Below, in pieces: positions 51,969 to 61,669 of a DNA stretch of 64,000 bases. The notes beneath the pieces were generated by a model. The model did no database searches. It was not told the origin of the DNA and saw only the letters and a list, made by a program, of their open reading frames with translations. The position numbers were made by a program, and so were the translations under genes. Source of the stretch: a virus; IMG/VR virus record IMGVR_UViG_3300030060_004277, positions 1-64,000 of that record. One strand, 5' to 3'. How positions within the stretch are numbered: position 1 is the stretch's first letter; every line of letters begins with the position of its first letter.

Positions 51969-54900
51969 TCATACCTCTAAATCGTCGTACTGCTCTTCCT
52001 TCTTCTTCTTTTCTTTAGGTTTCTTGGGGTAGTCTGAAGGTTTCTCTGGGTCTTGCTCAGGCCTCTCTTTCATGTCCCAGTCTGGGACTGCGTGCTCCGA
52101 AGTTAGTGAAGTTGGCCCTCGGGGACTGGCTATATCTGAGCCGACATCAATACCAAGAGCCCTACCACCGCTCATAGGGTAGTGACCGCTACCTGTCATT
52201 TTCTCGAGTTTCTCTAATGCCTTCTCTATGAGAAGAAGGGCCTTCAGCGTGTCCTTCGGTTTGAGAAGCACATTCTTGTCCTTCTTGGGTTTGAGAAGCC
52301 CACCGCTCTGATGCTCTATTCTCCTAGCACGCTCATCAGTCATGCCCTCGTTTGATTCGTCCTCATCCCAATCAGCCCTATCCAACTCCTCTTTCAGGAG
52401 TTCTTTGAAACCTTGACGCCAATAGGGTTCTAGGCTGTTAGCGAGTCTCAATGAGTAATCTGACTTGGTTATGCTGCCTATCGCTGCGATTGGGTTGACG
52501 GGTTCCTCATCTACTATCTCGTACTTCACCAAGTCCTCCGGTAGATGGAGAATGAAATGCCCCCTGTCCATCTCCATTGCGAAAGGTATGTGGATTTGCT
52601 CCTGTGCTTTTGCAAGCAGAACCCACTTCGGGTGTCTCTCCTCGCCTTTCATGTAAGTAGACTTGGCATCTCTCAAGAGTAGTTTCTGCCCACCACCACC
52701 GAGGTCCTTGACTGCTTCCTCGAATCCCACATCGTCCGTGACACGTATGGATTCAGGGCTTGGGACATGCACAGGCTCATGACTGTCGAACTGTCCCCTG
52801 ATTAGTTTGACCCTCTCTCTGGTAGTGAGGTCTGTGACGTCCGTGTCATCGTATAGCAGGATGTCATTGATGTGAATATCATCATCCACTATGGTGCAGT
52901 CGATTACGTAATCCCTCTGGCATACCTTCCTGAGCGCTGCTCTCATGTCATCGTCCACTCCGATTTTTTCGCCATCCTCATCGGTGATTTCTATCCTACT
53001 GCCCTTCTTCTTGACCTTGACCCTCTGACCCTCGTGATACTTCGATACGACCCACTCGCCAGTGAATCCGCGTAGTTCCTCCATGTCATCGATTTCGAAT
53101 ATCCTGTGAAGCGGGTCTATCAGTGGCATCTCCTTGGGCAACTCCGCCTTGAGCATCTTACCAATCGCATTGAAGTCGTCTATTGGTGCCATTCCGGTGT
53201 TCGGGTCCACAGCCATCTGGTTGTTTTGCAGACCTGATATCTGGGATAGTCCCGGTTGTGAGTAGAGGTCTTGCGTCCACTCGTCTCCGAATACGTAGTT
53301 CATCCAAGGCATGGAGACCGAGTTCAACAGAGTGTCACTGGGCATGTTGGTGCCAACCATGGGACTTCCCCTCGAATTGTACTCGACACCTATGCTAGGT
53401 GACATCGAGAATCCGAAGTCCATCCTGCCTGAGTTGTATATTGGTGAGATTACATTGCCCTCCATCTCAGGAACTGGTCTTATCGGCACAGACATTCTAC
53501 CGTGGACTGGTTTTGTCACACTACCAGCGCTGGCCTCCTCAAGGGGACCCGATTGCCCCTCATCAAATGTGAAGATGTGACTGGAGAGTGCCTTGTGCCT
53601 CTCCCTCTCCTTGGTCGTCGAGTCGATGTCCTTGTTAGGCGTCGGATGCTCCTGATGGCCGAGACCGTATGCGGTCATGTCACCCATCCTAGCCAATTGA
53701 CGAAGGAAGCCAAGAGAGCGATATGCCGTGTTGCCTGTGTTGAAGGCCTTAGCCTCCCTTAGGTTTCTAACAGGCACATTCTCAAAGCCATCGATGTGCT
53801 CTCTGAGGTTGTCTATGTCCTTGAACTCCGAGAACATGTTGTCCATCCTCGGATGAAGTTCCTCACCCATCGTGGTGACTTGTCCGAAGGTAGCAGCCTT
53901 CGTAGGACCGACTAACGTGGCTAGAGTGTCTTCGACTTGTTTGTTGTGGAACTCGTCATCAGGTAGACCTAGAGCCTGTCTTGCCTCCTCCACTTCCATA
54001 TCAGGAGTCAGTTCCGTGCCTTTGTCCCTCAAGGCCATAGCGAGTTTCTTGTGAGGGGATGACTGTCCTCTGGATTCCAGTCTCTGTTCTAGGCTTTCCC
54101 TAGTCTCTTCCTTCTCGTGATACCCGTGGGTGCTGAGGTCATGGTCACCATCCACCATCAATCCTCGACTAGCGTCATGAGCGAGCCTCATCGCATTCGC
54201 CATGGCTGTGACCGGGTCACCTGTGTTGAACGCATCAGGGTTCTCCTTGAGCAACATGGGCAGTAGTTTTGTCTTGGCATACTCAGCAACTGCTCTCTTG
54301 TCAGCATCCAACTTCTCGGAGAACTCTCTGCTTAGTCTCTTACCGGATACTGTTGAGTCTGGTTCCAACTGTCCCATTCTGTATTGCTCATCCTGTGCTG
54401 TTAGTTTGTCTAGGTCGCCTCTCAGGATTTGCAGTTCCGCATCCCTTCTACTACTAGGGACTTTTCCGGACTCGATGTCCTCTATCCTCTCCATGATGTC
54501 ATTCATCTCTGACAGCATGCCTCTACGATTATCGGTATCTGAGATTACCTTTCTCGCGTCTCCCAGATGCTGTAGGAACTCGGAGTGAAGAGTAGGTCTC
54601 GGTCCCAATTGAGGGTCGTTATAGAGGTCTCCGTAAGTGTGAACGAACTTACTCGATGGATTGAGTGGGTCATTGTACCTACCAAGGGCGAAGGCTAGTC
54701 TATGTGCGGAACCGGACCTATTCATGAGGGAGGCATCGCCCCTAGTCTCCGAGCCTATACCCGCATAGGGATGGAACTGCTGGAAGTCAGCGGCAGTCTC
54801 CCTGTCGAACTTCATGTCTTGGAAGTGAGTGTCAGATGTCGGTAGTTGGTTGTGTACGCTCCCCATCACCGAGGGGAAGAGCGTAGTGAGGTCATCGGTG

Positions 54901-57161
54901 TAGTTGTTGTGACTGCTTCTCGCCTTGTCGCTACCCTCGATGTCCCTCCTAGATACACCATATCTGCTGAGTATCTGCAAAGGGCTCATCGGTGACCTCT
55001 GTCCGGGCAGGATGGGAGATATGTGCAATCCACCGTACAGCCCCACTGTATCCGTTCTTGGCTCCAGAATACTCGTCTTCACACCTCCAAGGAGCGACTG
55101 CTCCCCTTCCGGGGTACCGAACTCCGGTCCACCTACTTCTGCTGGTCTTGGTTTTGGTGTGACTGACTGTTCCCCTTCTTTCTTGGTCATGAATGAGGAT
55201 TCTTCACCCTCACCGTATCTGTGATGATTGTGGATGAACTCACCATAGGTCGCTGGGTCTCTACCTAGGCCACCCCTGTCACCATAGTACTTGGTAGCCA
55301 GATGGCTGAGTCCCCTCATCTTGCCATCCATCGTGATGTAGTGGTCCTTGTGTCCATCCGGTAGGTCTGCTGCTCTGGGCGCGTTGAATCCTGACCTTAT
55401 GAAACCGTATCCGTTCTTGATGTCCTTGGATTGCATGCCCAGTGATACGTTTTGGTCATATTTGGATAGGACCTGCTCGACCACATCCTTACCCAGAAGT
55501 GGCCCATCATAGACCTCATCAGGTAGTGTGGAGTGCTTATCAAGGGGATTCAACTGATTGTCATATCCGGCAAGACTGAGGAATCCTTCCCTACTGAGTG
55601 CTGCTTCATTGGAACTATTCGCATGGTCCCTGAATGCCTTTGCTGGTGACTCGTTGGTCTCCAAGAATGACTTCAATCTATTTCGACCGAAGTCATCATG
55701 AGTGAAGAGATTGGGTATCTCATGAATGTCATCCATGTCAGAGCCTTGATTCAAGAGTGAGGTCAGTCCGTTGAGCAGGTTGTCATAGGCATTGGTCTTG
55801 TCATCTACGCTGACATTCCTGAGAGCAGATGCTATGCCACCTTCCGAGCCTTTGAACTTGGAGTCTGACTCGGACTCGATGGTCTTCGGCACATTAGGCG
55901 CTGAAGCCCCATGACCCCTGCTGAACCAATGCTTCTCAGGTCCAGCGTTCATCTCTAGGTTCTTCTTGAGTCTGGTCATGGGGAACTCCTTGCCATCAGA
56001 TAGGGTGACCAACTGATGCTCGGGGTCATCACTCCCATTGTCATCAAGATGCTGGAGTATCTTGGTTCGGTCCTCTGGCTTCAGGAAGTACATGCCTTTC
56101 TTCAGAGTGTCCCAACCCATGGAATGACTGTGCTTCATTGGATAGGATTCCGCTGCCTCTGGACCGAACTCAGTGACGAAGTCTGCTCTCTCTTGGTCGG
56201 TCATGCCCTCAGTCGGGTCGACAGTCGTAGTGGTAGTACCACCCAATGACATCTTGTCCATCCTGTCTTTGAAGTGCTGCATCTGCATGGCTCTCTCCTT
56301 GCTCTCCTCTGACAATCCAGAGAATTTTTCCTCGAGAGCAGCCATATCAGTGGCCTCCTCTTCCTTCCATCTCTCATAGTCGTTCATGCGTGTCGTTTCC
56401 ATGTGGTCATAGGGGCTGTCGACGTTGTTCGACTTGGGACCACCGAGGAAGGAGTATGCGATATCACCACCACCCCTGTCTACACCTTCGTATATCGGGG
56501 AGCCTAGTTTTCTGTGGTGCTTCTCATGAGCATCCTCGACTCTCATGGCTTGCTTGGCGAAGGACTCCTCTTCAGGAGCCTCTGCCATCTTCTCATGGAA
56601 GTCATCCTCCCACCATGGTGTGTCATCGTGGCCGAAGTACTTCTCGAAGAGCATAGACTCGTACTTGGGTCTACCAGTCACTGTGTTCTGCATCCTCATA
56701 GGATGGATATCCTCATGGAAGGGATGGTGAATTGGATAGTGGCCATCTTCGTCAGGTTTCGCTCCGGGCCATTTCCCGTGGGCCATACCTGTATCATGAC
56801 CACCTGTCATTCTCCCTTGGTAATGATGGTCAGTCATGTACTGGGGTAGGAGTCTGGAGATGTTTCTTGTGAAGGAAGAGGGTTTGCCTCTCGGTTTTAT
56901 GGTCCTCTCGACATCAGGCTCGGTGCGCTCTAGGTAATCTACCAGTTCCTGTCCCGAGAGAGTCTGCTTCAGGATGTCTGTAGCGGCTTTGAGACAAACT
57001 AGGTCATCATTGGTGGCTTCGTAGTCCATGCCTGAGCGAATTATGTTCTCGACCGAGACTAGGTAATGACCAGCCTCTTGCTCGTAATCATAGCCCTGTG
57101 TGATTGATTTGAGTAAATCGGCTCTGTTCCTCGCAAGAACCTCTAGCCCATCCTCTCGCAC
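51969..57161 (-). CDS. 1730-aa head-module protein with a C-terminal degenerate ATP-dependent DNA ligase-like domain
   Basis: WVVSKYHEGQR, VIDC, NDILLYD...RERVKLI, LLRDAKSTYMKGEERHPKWVLL. Confidence 0.7.
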   Translation of the reverse strand: MREDGLEVLARNRADLLKSITQGYDYEQEAGHYLVSVENIIRSGMDYEATNDDLVCLKAATDILKQTLSGQELVDYLERTEPDVERTIKPRGKPSSFTRNISRLLPQYMTDHHYQGRMTGGHDTGMAHGKWPGAKPDEDGHYPIHHPFHEDIHPMRMQNTVTGRPKYESMLFEKYFGHDDTPWWEDDFHEKMAEAPEEESFAKQAMRVEDAHEKHHRKLGSPIYEGVDRGGGDIAYSFLGGPKSNNVDSPYDHMETTRMNDYERWKEEEATDMAALEEKFSGLSEESKERAMQMQHFKDRMDKMSLGGTTTTTVDPTEGMTDQERADFVTEFGPEAAESYPMKHSHSMGWDTLKKGMYFLKPEDRTKILQHLDDNGSDDPEHQLVTLSDGKEFPMTRLKKNLEMNAGPEKHWFSRGHGASAPNVPKTIESESDSKFKGSEGGIASALRNVSVDDKTNAYDNLLNGLTSLLNQGSDMDDIHEIPNLFTHDDFGRNRLKSFLETNESPAKAFRDHANSSNEAALSREGFLSLAGYDNQLNPLDKHSTLPDEVYDGPLLGKDVVEQVLSKYDQNVSLGMQSKDIKNGYGFIRSGFNAPRAADLPDGHKDHYITMDGKMRGLSHLATKYYGDRGGLGRDPATYGEFIHNHHRYGEGEESSFMTKKEGEQSVTPKPRPAEVGGPEFGTPEGEQSLLGGVKTSILEPRTDTVGLYGGLHISPILPGQRSPMSPLQILSRYGVSRRDIEGSDKARSSHNNYTDDLTTLFPSVMGSVHNQLPTSDTHFQDMKFDRETAADFQQFHPYAGIGSETRGDASLMNRSGSAHRLAFALGRYNDPLNPSSKFVHTYGDLYNDPQLGPRPTLHSEFLQHLGDARKVISDTDNRRGMLSEMNDIMERIEDIESGKVPSSRRDAELQILRGDLDKLTAQDEQYRMGQLEPDSTVSGKRLSREFSEKLDADKRAVAEYAKTKLLPMLLKENPDAFNTGDPVTAMANAMRLAHDASRGLMVDGDHDLSTHGYHEKEETRESLEQRLESRGQSSPHKKLAMALRDKGTELTPDMEVEEARQALGLPDDEFHNKQVEDTLATLVGPTKAATFGQVTTMGEELHPRMDNMFSEFKDIDNLREHIDGFENVPVRNLREAKAFNTGNTAYRSLGFLRQLARMGDMTAYGLGHQEHPTPNKDIDSTTKERERHKALSSHIFTFDEGQSGPLEEASAGSVTKPVHGRMSVPIRPVPEMEGNVISPIYNSGRMDFGFSMSPSIGVEYNSRGSPMVGTNMPSDTLLNSVSMPWMNYVFGDEWTQDLYSQPGLSQISGLQNNQMAVDPNTGMAPIDDFNAIGKMLKAELPKEMPLIDPLHRIFEIDDMEELRGFTGEWVVSKYHEGQRVKVKKKGSRIEITDEDGEKIGVDDDMRAALRKVCQRDYVIDCTIVDDDIHINDILLYDDTDVTDLTTRERVKLIRGQFDSHEPVHVPSPESIRVTDDVGFEEAVKDLGGGGQKLLLRDAKSTYMKGEERHPKWVLLAKAQEQIHIPFAMEMDRGHFILHLPEDLVKYEIVDEEPVNPIAAIGSITKSDYSLRLANSLEPYWRQGFKELLKEELDRADWDEDESNEGMTDERARRIEHQSGGLLKPKKDKNVLLKPKDTLKALLLIEKALEKLEKMTGSGHYPMSGGRALGIDVGSDIASPRGPTSLTSEHAVPDWDMKERPEQDPEKPSDYPKKPKEKKKKEEQYDDLEV

Positions 57162-57173
57162 TTGACCACCTTC

Positions 57174-57326
57174 TCACCCCATCGCTGGTGCGTACTGTGC
57201 ACATTCACTCAGACTCTGTCCTTCATGACCGGGTACTTTGCAACCCTCGTACGCATTAGCACCACACCTAGCGCAGGGGCCCATTACGGCTGGTGCCTTT
57301 CTTACTGCCACATAACCCACGTTCAT
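57174..57326 (-). CDS. 50-aa Zn-binding microprotein (not in ORF track)
   Basis: MNVGYVAVRKAP...CARC...C...H...C; ATGA overlap with the upstream gene. Confidence 0.6.
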   Translation of the reverse strand: MNVGYVAVRKAPAVMGPCARCGANAYEGCKVPGHEGQSLSECAQYAPAMG

Positions 57327-57943
57327 CCCTCTGTCTGGTGACCGGGGGCAGGATTATCGTGTGGATTCTGGTTCCTGTTCAAAGACTCGAGATTTACAGT
57401 GGAGGACGATGCGCCTTTGTTGGCGACGTCCTCTGAATCCAGTAGGCTGTTGTTAGTGCTGTACTGTTGATGGTAGGTATTACCACCGGTCTCAATCATG
57501 AACTGTGTGGACTCAGGATTCGTGTTGAAAGTCTGTATCTTGTGCTGTGAGCCTTTCTTCATATCAACCGATGCCTTGCCCATGCAACCCATCTTCATGC
57601 ACATGCCCTTCTCCATGTCCATCTTCTTCTCACCACAGGTTGGGCACATTCCCATGCCCTTTCCCTTCTCGACTTTGTCGACGCTCTTATCACATTGCGC
57701 TTTTTCCTTTGCCGTGCACTCAGAGTATTTCTTACCGAAGTTCTTCTGACAGTATTTGTCTTTCTCACTCATGTCGGCTTTCTTCTTCTCGTCTTTAGCA
57801 CCCTTGCCATCTGCCGCGAATGCAGGAACCTTCTTGCCCTCATGTTCGACCATATCCAATTTTTCAGCCTTCTCAAGTAGGCTCTTGGCTCTCTTTAGCA
57901 GTTCAAATGCCTCGCCTGAGGCCGGGCTTGGTATGGGTCTCAT
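57323..57943 (-). CDS. Lys/Met/Cys-rich head-module protein
   Basis: Coupled ORF; repeated xxK-[AGS] motifs. Confidence 0.65.
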   Translation of the reverse strand: MRPIPSPASGEAFELLKRAKSLLEKAEKLDMVEHEGKKVPAFAADGKGAKDEKKKADMSEKDKYCQKNFGKKYSECTAKEKAQCDKSVDKVEKGKGMGMCPTCGEKKMDMEKGMCMKMGCMGKASVDMKKGSQHKIQTFNTNPESTQFMIETGGNTYHQQYSTNNSLLDSEDVANKGASSSTVNLESLNRNQNPHDNPAPGHQTEG

Positions 57944-57944
57944 T

Positions 57945-58295
57945 TCAATACAACTCCTTTACTTCTCTGGTCTGCTCGGCCATCTCGTGGATTTCCGACC
58001 AACTTAGATTGTGTATCTCCTCATTGCTGTACTCGTTGTTATCAGACTTGGTAACAGCACTGGCATCATCGACTGGTAGGTCACCGCGTAGTGGGTCATA
58101 ACCGACATCGACACTGAGAGGAGTTCTTGCGGTGACGTATCCCGCCTTCTTCAGCAGAGCGGCGGGTGAATCTACCATTCTCTTTAGTGCGGCGTTCTCT
58201 GCCTTTAGAATTTGAACCTCGTTGTCGATGCTCTCCATCTTGGTGATGAGAGTATTCATCAGTTTCTCTGCGCCGCCCTCTTCCATCAGTTTCAC
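57945..58295 (-). CDS. Small coiled-coil protein with scaffold-like C-terminal motif
   Basis: Coiled coil; LSWSEIHEMA resembles the scaffold's MSWSEVHNLA. Confidence 0.7.
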   Translation of the reverse strand: MKLMEEGGAEKLMNTLITKMESIDNEVQILKAENAALKRMVDSPAALLKKAGYVTARTPLSVDVGYDPLRGDLPVDDASAVTKSDNNEYSNEEIHNLSWSEIHEMAEQTREVKELY

Positions 58296-58657
58296 TCACC
58301 GGGTCCGACGTATCTACCGAATGTGCTTCTTGCTTTCTGCATTCGTGAGTTTGTTCTCGCTGACATTATTGTTCCGGGTAGTTGAATATCCCTGTTCGCT
58401 GGGTCGAATGACGAGCCAGATTCGTTGAAGGATGCTGTTGGGACACCGTTTGCGAATACAGTCAGAGGGTCAGATGCGGCCTCCTCTGCTTTCTTGATTG
58501 CGTAGACAAGGTCCTCCTCTAGGTAAGAACTGAGTTTCTTTATCTCAGAAAGGTGCATTCTTGCTGCCTCTGGTTCTCCCGCTTCTATGGCCTTGGCAAA
58601 GGCCTCATTGTGTACGTTCATTTTTCTTGCCATAGGGTGCATCTTGACTAAGTCCAT
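58292..58657 (-). CDS. Hypothetical head-module protein
   Basis: Overlaps the next gene; AT-rich TAATTAAAAG about 33 nt upstream. Confidence 0.65.
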   Translation of the reverse strand: MDLVKMHPMARKMNVHNEAFAKAIEAGEPEAARMHLSEIKKLSSYLEEDLVYAIKKAEEAASDPLTVFANGVPTASFNESGSSFDPANRDIQLPGTIMSARTNSRMQKARSTFGRYVGPGE

Positions 58658-58695
58658 GGTAATCTCGCCCTGCTCGTAAACGTCACGACTTTTAA

Positions 58696-60471
58696 TTATG
58701 CACCCCGAAACCGTCTCGCATTCATTAAAGCACGACTATTTTGCTCCTGCTGTGAGGGTTGCGCACCTCGTTGTTGAACTGAAGATATTGGAGAGCCAGA
58801 GCCAGCCACTGTTCGACGTTGAGGAGCGGCTGGTCCTCTGGGTGTTCTGATACCAACACCCTCTCCTCCGGGTTGTGAGGGTGGCATCATTTGCCTCATC
58901 ATATTCGGTGGTAGTTGTTGGTTAAGGCCAGTTGCGCCGACAGGACCACCCGGTATCGGTGGTGCCTGACCGGGTGGCATACCCATCGCACCCATGGGTG
59001 GCATACCCGGTGGCATACCCGGTGGCATACCCTGTTGCATTCCATCCTCAGGCTGTATTTTTCTGTAGGAGAACCTGATGTCCCTGTCTCCTTCCTCTAG
59101 TAATTCAGGCTTGTATCCGAGCATCTGCATCCTCTGAGCGAGGTTGACTTCCATCTCGTCTCTCCTGAGTCTGGTAATCTCGTCCTCTTCCTCATTCGGA
59201 TAGAGGGTAATCTTCCAATCCGTTATGCCCATCTCTCTTAGCATTCTTGGGAATAGTATGTCCGTGTATACCTTCTGACCGAACTCCACTGCTCTGTTCG
59301 TGACTAGAATCTGCATGCCTTCGTTGCCGAGCCCACCGCTCTTCCCGCTATCGACCATGAAGATGCTGCTAACACCATAGTAGGCTGCTATCCTGTTTCT
59401 AATCTCATCCCTGACAGCGGTGTACTGCATCTCCTCTAGGGTGTCCATGAACTTGACCCAATTCACTCCACCTCTGCCGGTCTGACTCTCAATACCGACT
59501 TTAGGGATGTAATGAGGGTCTCTTTCCATCTTCTCATCGACCGATTTCCAGAACGACTTCATTGACTCTAGGTTGTCAGTTGTGACCGATATGATACCCT
59601 TTGGCGTCCTTCTCTTCTGGTATGCTGTGTACATGTAGTTATCCATGGCGGTCAAGGTCATCGCTTGACGCCACATAGTATTGACTGGGCTCCTGCCATA
59701 CAGTTTGCTTGGTGAGTACTTGCTGATGTGAATGACCTCACCTTCTAGGTAATACTGGGTCTTGCCACTACCAGCCATGTTAGCATAGTGCGCATCCTGC
59801 ATGTGGTTACCACACACAGTGCACTTCTCCTCCTGTCCGGGGTAGGCGATTTGGTCTCTGTGAATCGGGCAGACCTTGTACCTACCACCTCTGACTCCCC
59901 TCTTGTCTGATATGATTCTCATGAAGATGGGGTCACCGCGAATGACCTCTCTTATTCTATAGTGTTGTATCTCGCCGGTATCAGGGTCGATGTAATAATC
60001 CTTGACGAGTATGAGGAAGGCATCATCCACGACGTTCAGGTCCTTCTCCAATTCGAACATGACTTGCATGAAACCCTGCTCCATCGAGTTCTCGCCCCTC
60101 AACAGCCATTTCGCGTATGTGGTCTGATGAGGGTCGGGTCCTCTTACCTCACCACCGCAGATATCACAGACATCCAAGTCGAATTGATACTCCTCATCAC
60201 ATTCGACGCATTTCTTCTGGAACTTCTTCTCCCAGTAGTATCCTCTTCTGAAAATCTCCTGTTGAAGTTTTGAGATGACTGTCCTAAGAATCAGATTCTC
60301 GTGTGACACTGCATATAGCGCAGGTATGGTAATGCCCTGAGCCAGAACAGGCTCTTGTATGCCTGTGGTGTATAACGGCATCTGAGGCTCAGGGGTCGAA
60401 CGAATCCTGAAAGGACCCCTTATTGCGTCTATAAATCGGCCTATTGGGCCCCTCTCTGTTTCATCAGCCAT
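58696..60471 (-). CDS. Portal protein
   Basis: EVIHISKYSP...YGRSP, IAAYYGVS portal patterns; position after terminase. Start set at the TAATG-coupled ATG. Confidence 0.85.
   Translation of the reverse strand: MADETERGPIGRFIDAIRGPFRIRSTPEPQMPLYTTGIQEPVLAQGITIPALYAVSHENLILRTVISKLQQEIFRRGYYWEKKFQKKCVECDEEYQFDLDVCDICGGEVRGPDPHQTTYAKWLLRGENSMEQGFMQVMFELEKDLNVVDDAFLILVKDYYIDPDTGEIQHYRIREVIRGDPIFMRIISDKRGVRGGRYKVCPIHRDQIAYPGQEEKCTVCGNHMQDAHYANMAGSGKTQYYLEGEVIHISKYSPSKLYGRSPVNTMWRQAMTLTAMDNYMYTAYQKRRTPKGIISVTTDNLESMKSFWKSVDEKMERDPHYIPKVGIESQTGRGGVNWVKFMDTLEEMQYTAVRDEIRNRIAAYYGVSSIFMVDSGKSGGLGNEGMQILVTNRAVEFGQKVYTDILFPRMLREMGITDWKITLYPNEEEDEITRLRRDEMEVNLAQRMQMLGYKPELLEEGDRDIRFSYRKIQPEDGMQQGMPPGMPPGMPPMGAMGMPPGQAPPIPGGPVGATGLNQQLPPNMMRQMMPPSQPGGEGVGIRTPRGPAAPQRRTVAGSGSPISSVQQRGAQPSQQEQNSRALMNARRFRGA
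58997..59032. repeat. 12-bp tandem repeat x3 (GGTGGCATACCC) encoding (GMPP)n in the portal tail
   Basis: Read directly; a fourth copy lies near 58973. Confidence 0.9.
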
Positions 60472-61613
60472 TACAATCTCTCCTGCCACTTAGCAACGTC
60501 GTCGGCACTTACGCCCCACTCTGCGAGTAGGGTCTCGCTCTTTGCCTTGTCGTCGCTCCAGTTCGAGTACCTTACTACCCTTTTGAGTTCCTCTTTTCTC
60601 ATGGAGTCATCCTCCTCAAGGAAGGCAAGCACTGCTTTTGCCTGTGTTTTCTTCATCTGTAGATGAGGCATAATCTTGTCGAGTAGTTTCCTGATATCAC
60701 CTTTGGAGTAGAACTGCAATCTGTGTTGACTCCTCTGGCTGTCCTTATACACCTTCTGGTCCAACTGAAGAACACCGCAATCAAGGACTTTTCTGAGTTC
60801 TTCGCAATGCAGCCTGCCCCTCGTACCGGTGGCAATAAACCCTGCTCGGGGCTCACCCCTCTTGGTTATGGTGATATATCCGTCAGCATCGAGGAATCCG
60901 GCAGCGTATGCATACGGGTCTTTGAGCACAAGACCGTTCTTGTCCATCTTTACGAAAGTGCCTCTCTGTGCACCGTTGACTATGTCCACCTCCTCACCAT
61001 ACAATGAGAGCAGTTTGGATAGTTTGTTTGCAGTGAGACCGGGCATCTTCTCGATGTTGTCGGATTCGAAGAGTGCTCTGGCACTCATCGGCCCGTTCAT
61101 CTTCAGGAGACTAGAACACTTGGCTATCGTCTCCTGTTCCTTTTCCGTGAGTCTCGTCATCTGGGACAACGTGGACTTCCACATCTTCCTAGCATCCTTC
61201 CTCATGTTCATAGAGTCTACCCAAGCGACTCTTTCCTCATCACCCCAGACATCCTCGTGGTCTGCGAGCATCTTGAGAGTCTCCTCTCCCTTTCTCCAAA
61301 GCCTGCATGCTTTGATTAGACTGACTTTCCTAGAGTCGGAGAACTTTCTCAGAGACTTCAGACTCCTGTCGGACAAGTCAAAGTTCCTTATCTCCTTGAT
61401 GTAGTCGTTAGCCCAGTCTATCTCATTGAGAGTCATCTGCACTTCCATTGACTTGAGTGTTCGGACATCCTCAATCAGAGCGTCTATGTCCTGCTTCTCA
61501 TCCTTGTTATGCCTTCTCGCTTTCCGCAGTCTGTGCACTACGTCAGTGGCAGAGATGCCGAGGTTGTCCTCGAACCACCCTTCGCCACTCTTGGAGAAGT
61601 TGCTCATCTCCAT
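60471..61613 (-). CDS. Protein with C-terminal single LAGLIDADG endonuclease-like domain
   Basis: YAAGFLDADGYI...LLDKIMPHLQMKKTQA; about 230-aa helical/wHTH-like N-terminus. Confidence 0.8.
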   Translation of the reverse strand: MEMSNFSKSGEGWFEDNLGISATDVVHRLRKARRHNKDEKQDIDALIEDVRTLKSMEVQMTLNEIDWANDYIKEIRNFDLSDRSLKSLRKFSDSRKVSLIKACRLWRKGEETLKMLADHEDVWGDEERVAWVDSMNMRKDARKMWKSTLSQMTRLTEKEQETIAKCSSLLKMNGPMSARALFESDNIEKMPGLTANKLSKLLSLYGEEVDIVNGAQRGTFVKMDKNGLVLKDPYAYAAGFLDADGYITITKRGEPRAGFIATGTRGRLHCEELRKVLDCGVLQLDQKVYKDSQRSQHRLQFYSKGDIRKLLDKIMPHLQMKKTQAKAVLAFLEEDDSMRKEELKRVVRYSNWSDDKAKSETLLAEWGVSADDVAKWQERL

Positions 61614-61669
61614 ACCGTCCTGTTCTCATTGTCATCCTTTACGTGAGTTGTATTGTTGTTCATCTTCAT

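Noticed and set aside
52610-53070. Functional DNA ligase
   Set aside because: Motif I and motif V lysines and the motif IV Glu do not align; reported as a pseudo-ligase instead.
60471-61613. Intein or group I intron splitting terminase or portal
   Set aside because: Both neighbours look complete with their own stops and starts; no Cys/Ser start or His-Asn intein end.
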